Assembly: GCA_963717145.1 (NCBI GenBank)
Contig: OY970325.1
Coordinates: 4,704,001-4,768,000 of the forward strand
From: an uncultured Armatimonadetes bacterium
GTDB lineage: Bacteria > Armatimonadota > UBA5829 > DTJY01
Direction of reading: 5' to 3'
Length of the DNA: 64,000 bases
Each line of letters opens with the position of its first letter. The first letter of the stretch is position 1. Shown piece by piece: positions 10,753-19,307 of the stretch. The notes under the pieces are model-generated. The model was given only the letters and a program-made list of their open reading frames with translations, did no database searches and had not been told where the DNA came from. The translations under genes were made by a program, and so were the position numbers.

Positions 10753-11880
10753 TCAGCCAAGCAGTCGCACGGCATCGTGGAGCAGCGAATTGCCATCGCA
10801 CCGGTAGCAGTGATTGTCATCTCCCCGGGGGACGCCCGCCCCACGGACGATCTCGGCGGCTTCCAGAATCGTATCTGCATACCATTCAGCGCACGGGGCG
10901 CGATGTCCTTCCAGCTTCGAGCCGGGGTTCGGACTCCACACGAACGGCACGATATTCGCGCCGACATCCGACAGCGCGCGTATCCCCTCGATGAAGGTGC
11001 CTCGCGGCTCCAGCCCCATCACCAGCACGCCGTAGACGTTGCCCGCGCCGAACACCTTGACCGCCCGCCCGATCGCATCGAAGAACGTGTCGTGCGAGAC
11101 GCTCTTTGCCTTCCCGGGACAGATCGCTTTGTAGTAGCCCTCGTCCCAAAGCTCCATGCTGTAACCGATCGCGCCGATTCCCGCATCCCTGTACCGCCGC
11201 ATGTCGTCCTCATCGATGGTCGCGGAGGGGAGAATCGTGCCGGGGATGGTGGTGACCCCGAGGGCGGACCGGATGCTCTCCAGGATGCTTATCACCAGCG
11301 AGACTTCCTTCTCATGGCTGAAGCAGCCCCCTGTCAACAGGATATGCTTGCACATCCCCTCGGCAAATGCCGCCGCGGCCACCTCGCCGATGTCATGGAT
11401 ATCCTTCCTGGTCAGCACCGAGTCGTAGGTCTTCTTCGTGTCAACGAGGTTGCAGAACGCGCATTCCTCTTGTTTGGCGAAATGGGAGCAGTAGTTCTGG
11501 TAGCAGATGAAGAAGCAGTCCTCACCGCCGATCTGGGCGATCTGACGCATGGTCGCGCCGCTCTCGGTCTGCTGATCGTAATACGTGGGCCTCGGGATCA
11601 GGCTCACCCGATCCAATGCCTCACCGTCTCTGGCAACCTGATGATCGGCGGTGATCTTGTAGCGAGACGATGGGTTGTAGCGGAACTGGGTGACCGTCCC
11701 GTCGGAGAGGACGAAATCGTCCGGCAGCTCGGTTCCCTTGTGGTTCACGAAATCCCAGCCGAAGAGACCGTGATTCTGCTCCTTGAACCGCGCCCCGACC
11801 TCATCGAACGCACCCGGCTCGAAGCTGATCCCCTCCACAAGCAGGTCCGCTTTCAGTCTCAGAAGTCTGTGATCCGTCAT
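10753..11880 (-). CDS. Radical SAM protein with CX8CX2C motif
   Basis: ATG 11880 with GGAGG RBS; CSHFAKQEECAFC, LTGG and ICPGK motifs; C-terminal CYRCDG. Confidence 0.8.
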   Translation of the reverse strand: MTDHRLLRLKADLLVEGISFEPGAFDEVGARFKEQNHGLFGWDFVNHKGTELPDDFVLSDGTVTQFRYNPSSRYKITADHQVARDGEALDRVSLIPRPTYYDQQTESGATMRQIAQIGGEDCFFICYQNYCSHFAKQEECAFCNLVDTKKTYDSVLTRKDIHDIGEVAAAAFAEGMCKHILLTGGCFSHEKEVSLVISILESIRSALGVTTIPGTILPSATIDEDDMRRYRDAGIGAIGYSMELWDEGYYKAICPGKAKSVSHDTFFDAIGRAVKVFGAGNVYGVLVMGLEPRGTFIEGIRALSDVGANIVPFVWSPNPGSKLEGHRAPCAEWYADTILEAAEIVRGAGVPRGDDNHCYRCDGNSLLHDAVRLLG

Positions 11881-12000
11881 TTCTTCCTCCGCGACGCTCA
11901 GGCGCTTTCGTGCAGCGTATAACGAAATATACCGCACGAAGGGCCGGAGTGTCAATGCCAGGGAATCCAGGTAAGAGTTCACGATCAAGGATAGTCGGGT

Positions 12001-12088
12001 GTCATTCTGAGCGCAGCGTATGTCATTCTGAACGCAGTGAAGAATCTGTTTGCGCACGGCCAGATTCTTCACTGCGTTCAGAATGACA
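12001..12088. repeat. Palindromic REP-like element, family B (gtcattctga.cgcag.gaagaatct)
   Basis: Inverted arms at about 12020-12088 plus a partial extra arm. Same motif occurs at 26091 and 43919. Confidence 0.85.
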
Positions 12089-12153
12089 TACGCGCAGCGC
12101 AGCTATCAGCGATCGTGAACTCTCACGAATACGGATTCCGCGTCGAATACCAA

Positions 12154-12400
12154 TATTCCGGCCGGAGACATCCTCCAATCGCCCGGGGGAAAGATCTTCC
12201 AGCCCGGAAGCAAGTTGTCAATCCCCCGCAACAATCTCTTCCCGCCCGGAAGCAAGTTGTCAATCCCCCGCAACAATCTCTTCCCGCCCGGAAGCAAGTT
12301 GTCAATCCCCCGCAACAATGTCTTCCCGCCCGGAGACATCTTCCTGATCCCCCGCAGCAATCTCTTCCCGCCCGGAAACAACTTCCTTCCGCCCGGAAAA
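12154..12400. repeat. 42-bp tandem repeat, 3 near-identical plus 2-3 degenerate units
   Basis: Unit cttcccgcccggaagcaagttgtcaatcccccgcaacaatct starts at 12196, 12238, 12280, 12322 and 12364. Confidence 0.9.
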
Positions 12401-12536
12401 CCGGGACGGAGAGCCGGGAAAGGCACAGTTACTACAGAATGGTCACACTCGGGCCGCAGTCCTGTCATAGAGAGTGTTCTCCGGCAGCAGAGGTCCCAAA
12501 AGAAGGAATAGAGGTATAGGCATCGAATGAGGAAGC

Positions 12537-12734
12537 ATGCCGAGAACCGCTCGATCAGTGCTGGAGGGCATTCCCTATCACGTCACCCAGAGGGGCAACC
12601 GCAGAGGGGAACGCACGAGGGTCGGGTTTCCCTGCGGGGATGAGGCGTTTGTGGGAAGGATCTCAAACCTGTTTGGGAGGGAGCTTATCCTTCGTCGAGG
12701 CGGTCGCCCGAGGAAAATCCATGACGGCGGGTAG
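12537..12734 (+). pseudogene. Internally deleted REP-associated tyrosine transposase (RAYT / IS200-like Y1)
   Basis: MPRTARSVLEGIPYHVTQRGNRR (typical RAYT N-terminus) is joined directly to GFPCGDEAFV...RRGGRPRK (typical C-terminus). The HUH/Tyr core is missing. Confidence 0.8.
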
Positions 12735-12790
12735 ACGTAATCGTGAACCAATCGTAAATACCGCGCCTGTCCCTGGTTTCTCTGGTTTCC
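12719..12790 (+). repeat. About 70-bp direct repeat, copy 1 (RAYT right end)
   Basis: ccatgacg...gacgtaatcgtgaa.caaatcgtaaa...gcctgtccctggtttc.ctggtttcc, repeated at 13406-13477. Confidence 0.85.
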
Positions 12791-12814
12791 AGAAAGGTTC
12801 TACAGGTGGTCTAT

Positions 12815-13351
12815 ATGTTAAGCAATGCTCGCAAGAAACGATCCATTGCCATCATTGCGGCAGTACTCTTGGCGGTCGCGATCGTGGTCGCAGTCCTCTA
12901 TGCCGCACACAGCCGTTCAGGGTCTCGGCCCGAAGCCTTCGTTGTTCTGCCGAACGCTGAGAAAGCTGCGTTCGTGACCTTCCACGGCACCAGACAGATG
13001 AGGTATGAGTTCGTTGAGCCGTATCCGGCGAAGACGGCTCTCAAGAGCATCTCAGACCGACTGGACAGCCTGGGCTGGAAGCCGCTGAAGAATAGCTATC
13101 TGCAACCAGACCGTCCATCGTCCCATGTGACCGGTTGGAAGGAGTTCCAGGACGGCACCAAGACGCCTTGGGTGAAAGTCAAGCAGTGGATGGCCGAGTG
13201 GAGGAGTCCTAGCGGCGATGTCGTTTCGTATATCTTGCGGTACGAGTGGCCAAATGACGCATCGGTTCCAAATACGGACAGGGTGCGCTTGAACAGCGTA
13301 CTCATACCTGCGAAAGCCGCAGCGTCGGGAAAAGGGGGACAGGCGCAATGA
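12815..13351 (+). CDS. Hypothetical exported or membrane-anchored protein
   Basis: 178-aa ORF with a basic N-terminus and one hydrophobic helix, lying between the 70-bp direct repeats. Confidence 0.65.
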   Translation: MLSNARKKRSIAIIAAVLLAVAIVVAVLYAAHSRSGSRPEAFVVLPNAEKAAFVTFHGTRQMRYEFVEPYPAKTALKSISDRLDSLGWKPLKNSYLQPDRPSSHVTGWKEFQDGTKTPWVKVKQWMAEWRSPSGDVVSYILRYEWPNDASVPNTDRVRLNSVLIPAKAAASGKGGQAQ

Positions 13352-13405
13352 CCGCAGTCTGTTCATCAGTTTGACCCAACGGCAACATAGCTGACCCGCC
13401 AACCG

Positions 13406-13477
13406 CCATGACGACAGGTGGACGTAATCGTGAACAAATCGTAAACACTGTGCCTGTCCCTGGTTTCCCTGGTTTCC
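13406..13477 (+). repeat. About 70-bp direct repeat, copy 2
   Basis: Near-identical to 12719-12790. Confidence 0.85.
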
Positions 13478-13804
13478 CCCTGTGCCTACTCCCATGTTCC
13501 CATATACTACCGATGGCTGCCGCACCCAATCAGCGGCGTTTCCTTGCAGCTACAATGGCTTCGAGAGCCTTTTCTATGCGGCCACGCAGACCACCAAGGG
13601 CTTTCTGTTCGCCATAGGACAATACCCTGAAATGACTATTTATCGAAATACAGTTTGCAGGCTACTTGTAAGAGGAATCGTTTGCTAGTTCCCCCCAAGA
13701 ACATGCCTTACCCGGGTCTCACATCACGTTCCTACGGGCATCGATCTTGTCCGCAGTCAGGAATGCGTAAGACACGCACAAGATGCTCAGTGCGAGACAG
13801 GGAT

Positions 13805-16553
13805 TCACTTCAGACGTTGTAGAAAACTCTGAGCCGTCTTGACAAGCGGTTCGTCCAGATCCAGTTCATCAGCTACCGACTTCGCATCGGCTGATAGGAA
13901 AGCCTCCACGGTCATATATGCATCGGTGATTGCCTCAATCACATTCTGAGCGAGTCCGCTGTTTGCTAGCAAAATTGCCGATAGGAATCGCTTGCCACCC
14001 TTCAGACCAGACAACTGCGCGTTCTTCTGAATCTCATTCCTAAGATGACTAGCAAGTTTACTCACATCGGTGGCGGAGTCAACAAGGGGATACTCGATGT
14101 AGATCCAACCTTGGAGATCGCTTGGCACAGGCTTTCCCTTCCTCACACGAAGCAATGCTGAAGGCCGCTCTGGAAGCATCCTCAGCATGCCCACCTCCAT
14201 CATAACGTTCGCGTTCTGATCAGAGATCTCCGCCAGGTAGCAATGGGCATTCTTGATGTGGTCCATCACATTTCCGGACACTGTGGGATCATGTGTTAGA
14301 TCGCGCGCTGTGATCACCTGCCAATAATAGGGAGGCGACTGAAGCGCAGCGCGCACCGCCTCAAGGAAAGGGTCATACTTATCGTCGAACGGATACGCCA
14401 GAAAGCATGTCACGTGGTCAGAAAGCTCGGGCTGGGCCAACTTGCAGCGCAGTTCCGTCATCTCATGATCGAACGCCATCTGAGCCTTCTTGAACTCAGC
14501 TTGGAAGGCGTCCAGTTCACGCGCTACTCTCGCAGCCTTTTCTTCCTGCTGTTTGGCGTATTGCCGGAGTTCCTCTAGAGCGTCATCATGCTCCAGTTTC
14601 CGCCGGGTCAGTTCAGCCTCGACCTCCAGGAGACTCTGATGCTTCGCCATCAGTTGCTCAATAGCCATATTGGTACCGCGGAACATGACCTGCGCGTTCT
14701 CAGGTGTCACTGAGTGAGATTCGAATAGCACAGCGTTGTTGTAGAGGACAGTCATCGCCAGGTTGCGGACGGGATACCTCCCTGTCGGATGCGGCAAGTA
14801 GCTGGATTATGGGATTAGACGCGTTCAAATGAAGAACCGTCCCGCCGGTCAGCGAACCCTTGCGGTAGCGATCTCGTTCCTGCAGAAGTTGCGTGAAGAA
14901 CTTCCTTAGCTCCGGATTGACGTCTGTATCCTCAGCCAGCTTGCGGACTGTGTTCTCGTGTTCGGCATCTTCCTCAACCTGCAGCAGGATTGCGGGGATA
15001 TCAGTCGGCCGAAACTTTACCACTCGAGCAGCCATATTCCTGAGCGCAAAATCCTCTTCAAGCTTCGACCATCGGCCGTCCACATCGTCCACTGGTTCAA
15101 AGATATAGCCGGCGGCGGCATCCAGCTTCTTCACATCCACGTCCTCATGGCGCTCGTCATATTTCTCGAGAAACGCCTGTTCAGCTCCATAGCTTGCATC
15201 GATCACGCATAGTCCGGCTTCACGGAACAGAATCTTCTGCTGCGTTCCACTGCCAACGTCGCTGAAGTAATGAATGGTCTTGCGAGGTGTCTCCCCTTCC
15301 GCCGGCGTCTCACCGGCCTCAGTGCTCGCCAGAGCCTTGGGGTCAGACCCAACAAAGCGCTGGAGGTACGCGGGAATGTTCATCTTTCCATACTCGGTGT
15401 CCACAAGCACCAGATCACAGATCTTGTCGAAGAAGCTGTCGTCCTCCAGTGACCACGCCTTTATCAATGTGTTGTGGCTCGTCACAACCTCCCGCAGTTG
15501 CTGAGGATCGTCCGATGCAAGTCGGTCCAGATGCTTCAGGATTGACTGGGCCACCACCTCGCGCACGCGGTGGTATTTTTCGTCCTTTCGGACGCTCTCG
15601 CGAGACAGGGTCGGAGTAAGGGAAGAGCTATCCACTATTCCACGCACGAACTTCGCCCACACTGGGAGCAACTCCTGATCTCCGTTGCAGATAAACATCC
15701 GCGAGATATAGATGTCCAGGTCCCCATATTCCTTGATGGATACCATTGCATGGCGAGGAATGTAGAGTACCCCGTGAACAGAAAGGTCGCCTTCCTCGTA
15801 TTCCAGTGGAATGACTTCGAGCGGTGGTGTATCTTGGTACCGGTTTTTCACGTATTCCAAGTACTCCGATCTAGTCGCGTGCCGGTGCCACGGGGCATCC
15901 ATCACGTTCACAGGGAGCTTCGCCTGATTGAGGTAGATCGGCAACGACAGGAAGTCTGCATAGGTCTTGACTACCTTTGTGAGCACTTCCTCGTTGAGCA
16001 TGGTCGCCACATGATCCGGCGATACCGTGATGATGACTTCCGTGCCGACATCCTTCTTGTCGGCTTCCGCAAGTGTGTAGGTAACATTGCCGTCGCATTC
16101 CCAGCAGTATCCTCGCGATTCTGGCTGATATGACCGGGTAAGAATCTGTATCTTCTCCGCTATGATAAACGCCGAGAGCAGGCCGAGCCCGAACTGACCG
16201 ATCAGCTTCTCAGCGATGTCGCGATTCTTCTCGGAAAGCGCCTTCCTCAGCTCGGCCGTGTATCCTTTCCCTACAGTGGACAGAAACTCGTGGATCTCTG
16301 ACTCCGTCATCCCAGAGCCATTGTCACGGAAGGTTAGGGTCCGCGCATACGCATTTGCCTCGATGCCGATGCGTGGGTTCTTGAAGCTCTTGTCTTCTGC
16401 CATCCGACGCAGGCACGAGTCATGAGCGTTCTGGATCATCTCCCGCACGGAGACCTCCGGCTCCGAGTATAGTGTCTCGCCCAGGATTTTAATCAGTCCC
16501 GGGAGGTGAATCTGGATTTCATGCTCCTTTGCAGCCGTGTGCTCGGTTGTCAT
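13805..16553 (-). CDS. HtpG/Hsp90 paralog 2 fused (via a +1 frameshift at about 14771-14783) to a coiled coil, a TIR-like/nucleoside 2-deoxyribosyltransferase-like domain and a C-terminal helical domain
   Basis: REMIQNAHDS, DNGSGM, IGQFGLG and LSRE motifs; AGGAGG RBS. Removing one base joins ORF 14700..16553 to ORF 13805..14797, and the join aligns without gaps to paralog 1. The downstream part has CFLAYPF...AEISDQNANVMMEVG...VPSDLQG. Confidence 0.8.
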
Positions 16554-16584
16554 GCTGTTTCCTCCTATCCTAACGCCTCATCCC

Positions 16585-18048
16585 TCAGATCATAGTGGCA
16601 ATCGTTTCCACCAATTCCTGTATGGCCGATGGAAATCGCATCTGCCGTAGATGGCTGATCACCCATCGAATATCCTCCAGGCCGGGCCCCGCACGAGATG
16701 GCTCTTGCACAATCAGATCGCGAAGCTGCTCCAGGCTACGCTGAAGACAGTCTTCCGCTGGACTTGAGACACCATCGGCACGCGGAGATGACTCGTCAAG
16801 CTGCGAGTACTGCCTAGCAGCCAAACGAAGTAGTTCGTGCAGGAAGGTATCCCGATTCTCCAAGCAAGATCCGTCACTCAGCATGTTAGCTATCGCCGTG
16901 ATCACCACCAGCAGAAGCTGGCTCCTATTGGGCTCAACAAGTATAGATGCAATCACATCTGTCGCCTCCAGCCGATTGCTGGACGACAACTTCGTGAGAA
17001 ACCTGCGCCACAACCACAGCCTGGCGCTAGTCGCCTCTACACCATGCTTATCGAGTAAGTCATCTAGCAGGAATATGCTTCCCGACTTGAGCAAGACCTC
17101 GACGTCTTCGGTGTTGATGATAGTCACAACCTGTTCTTCGGATACCGACTGGCCCAGCTTCTCGGCTCGAAGCAATGAGAGGAGATTACCTACGTGCGTC
17201 CTGTCCCACTTGCCATTGGTATACCTGGCTACCCCATCTGCGCGAGTGAGAATCTCCTCAGCACTTGAGAGGTGTTCATTGGTGTGAAGACCCTGTCCGC
17301 CGTGCCGATTGCGCACAACGCTCTTCAGGATGAACTCACCGTAGCTGACACAACACTCAAAGAGGCAGGAGAAATACTCTCCTGTTATCGTCTGATTCGC
17401 GATATTGGTTATCTCCTTATGCAGCGCTTGACTATCGAAGCCCAGAACCCCCATTGCACCCTCGCTGCTGCGACCGTCAGGTAAACCAGGTGGCAGCAAG
17501 AGCGCAATGCTTGCGCTGAGCATGTGCTGTAGCTCGGTCACCGGCCAAAGCGCCAGATCGTGGAGCATATGACTGTCAGCGCATTCCCTCAGCACCTGCG
17601 CAGCAAGCACCACCTCGTCCAAGCGATCACCAGCGTCAAGAGACCACAGCTTAGCTTGTAGCAGCCCCCACTCCTGCGACCCAAGCGGCGGCGGGCCAAA
17701 GCGCGCAATGTTGGCGGCAACACCCGCATTCCGTTCTATCTCCCGCCACGCTCCGTGCAGACATCTGATCGCGTCATCTTCGTTCCCCGCCACTCGAAAC
17801 AGCCGACCAGTGAGCAACGGTATACGCACGGCAGCGTCATGACTGCCCATTACTACTTGCGGAGCGTTATTCATGTAGAAATCGATACTGACAGCAACGT
17901 GTCTGGCGACCCGCCGTTCAAGACGAGACTGTTTCGCAGGAACCATTCGTGCCAGGTAAACGAGTCCTTCCCGCTTCTTTCTGGGATCCGGTGAGAGCAG
18001 GTTCCGGACAGCAGCGGCAACGCTGCGATCAAGATCAACTCCGTTCAT
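16585..18048 (-). CDS. Hypothetical 487-aa, probably all-helical protein in the Hsp90-SIR2 operon
   Basis: ATG 18048 preceded by GGAGG, overlapping the SIR2 gene by 14 nt. Leu/Ala-rich with no motif I recognise. Confidence 0.7.
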   Translation of the reverse strand: MNGVDLDRSVAAAVRNLLSPDPRKKREGLVYLARMVPAKQSRLERRVARHVAVSIDFYMNNAPQVVMGSHDAAVRIPLLTGRLFRVAGNEDDAIRCLHGAWREIERNAGVAANIARFGPPPLGSQEWGLLQAKLWSLDAGDRLDEVVLAAQVLRECADSHMLHDLALWPVTELQHMLSASIALLLPPGLPDGRSSEGAMGVLGFDSQALHKEITNIANQTITGEYFSCLFECCVSYGEFILKSVVRNRHGGQGLHTNEHLSSAEEILTRADGVARYTNGKWDRTHVGNLLSLLRAEKLGQSVSEEQVVTIINTEDVEVLLKSGSIFLLDDLLDKHGVEATSARLWLWRRFLTKLSSSNRLEATDVIASILVEPNRSQLLLVVITAIANMLSDGSCLENRDTFLHELLRLAARQYSQLDESSPRADGVSSPAEDCLQRSLEQLRDLIVQEPSRAGPGLEDIRWVISHLRQMRFPSAIQELVETIATMI

Positions 18049-19306
18049 CCCAGTACCTCCACACCTGATCATAGGACGGCTCCCAACTCGGGCGGTCACC
18101 TACAGCGTCCGAGCGAGTCATATGGTCGAGCAGGCCCCGCCGCACCCCAGATGAGAACGTCAGACACGGTCCTCGCAGTCCATACACATGACACAGCATT
18201 CCATTGTGCAGCCACTTGCTTAGTCGCTGCTGCTTCTCCGCCTTACCGTCGCCCTCCTCGCGCCCTAGGACAAACTCGGCGTCGAACTCTCCTTTGAGAA
18301 CAGCAGCGAATACAGCAACTGGGAACGAGCCATCTTGTTTCCTCAGCCAATAATCGTGAAGGTCTCTTCGCAGGTCGGCCGCATCAGGAATGATCTGCTG
18401 GCTAAGAAGCTCGCGCTTCAGCTGCTCTAGGAAGCCCTGGATATCGTGTGCGTATATGTCGACCCCGCGTTCCTCCCAAAAACTCTGATCCACAGGATCA
18501 GGATCATTCATTATGGCCCAGGACGGCGGCATGTTGTCCTCTTGCCTGGCTTCCTGGAGGATACGCTGGAAGTTCAGGTCCCTCATGCTGTAGCCCAGTA
18601 TCAACAGAGGTCGCGTGGCAAACCAGAGTCTGAGTTGGCACGCGATCAGCGGTCGATTCCTAAAAAAGACGGCGTACTGCGAGGTACTTAGTACGTAGTC
18701 GTCCAGGAGTTCCGCCCTATCGATCGAGGTGGGGACTCGTATTCTTCTCTGAATCGCGTTCAAGCAGCCGTGCATCTTGACGATCTGTGTGCGGTCTACC
18801 TGCCCTTGGTCATTCGGAGGCTGGGAAAGATCGCTATCGCCGGCAATGCACCAGGGCCACAGTAGCGTTGCATCGTAGATTGCAGTTTCGAGCAGTGTGT
18901 CATAATTTGTCGTCGCAATAGCTCGGAAAGGTATTTCTGCAATGAGTGAGTGGATCTCACCATATCCCGCTCTTAGCCCTGTTGCCGCACCGATGTGGAG
19001 CCTGTTTAGTACGTCGTCATCGAGATGGGCTTCAAAGGCACGCAAAAAAGCACGATTCAGCCTGCCGGGCCCGTGGTGTCTATCAACGCGGCGGAGTCGT
19101 TCCGCTGTCCTGTGAAGATCTTCGTTGCCTCTGGCTGCAAGCTCAGCCTGCGCTCCATCATGCTTTCTGATCTCGTCTATCAGTGTCTTGCGCAGTTCCT
19201 CCGTACTTGGTGCACACCCACTGGAGATACCGGCCCCCACCAGCAACACACACCTTCCCGACAGGATGCTCTCGGCTATCAGGTCCACAGGAATGGTACC
19301 GGGCAC
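18035..19306 (-). CDS. SIR2-like (SIR2_2 family) protein, probable NADase effector
   Basis: VLLVGAGIS, TTNYD, KMHG and LILGYSMRD motifs. GTG start 1 nt after the Hsp90 paralog 1 stop. Confidence 0.9.
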   Translation of the reverse strand: MPGTIPVDLIAESILSGRCVLLVGAGISSGCAPSTEELRKTLIDEIRKHDGAQAELAARGNEDLHRTAERLRRVDRHHGPGRLNRAFLRAFEAHLDDDVLNRLHIGAATGLRAGYGEIHSLIAEIPFRAIATTNYDTLLETAIYDATLLWPWCIAGDSDLSQPPNDQGQVDRTQIVKMHGCLNAIQRRIRVPTSIDRAELLDDYVLSTSQYAVFFRNRPLIACQLRLWFATRPLLILGYSMRDLNFQRILQEARQEDNMPPSWAIMNDPDPVDQSFWEERGVDIYAHDIQGFLEQLKRELLSQQIIPDAADLRRDLHDYWLRKQDGSFPVAVFAAVLKGEFDAEFVLGREEGDGKAEKQQRLSKWLHNGMLCHVYGLRGPCLTFSSGVRRGLLDHMTRSDAVGDRPSWEPSYDQVWRYWDERS

Positions 19307-19307
19307 G

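Noticed and set aside
12154-12400. Possible CRISPR array
   Set aside because: The units are contiguous tandem copies without unique spacers, and there are no cas genes in the window.
13480-13800. Possible fifth gene of the Hsp90-SIR2 operon
   Set aside because: Only a short minus-strand frame ending ...IEKALEAIVAARKRR* near 13529 with an upstream stop; at most a remnant, not supportable.
13805-19306. Calling the operon Thoeris
   Set aside because: The SIR2 protein lacks a recognisable SLOG/Macro domain, the TIR-like domain is Hsp90-linked, and the two Hsp90 genes are not part of Thoeris.
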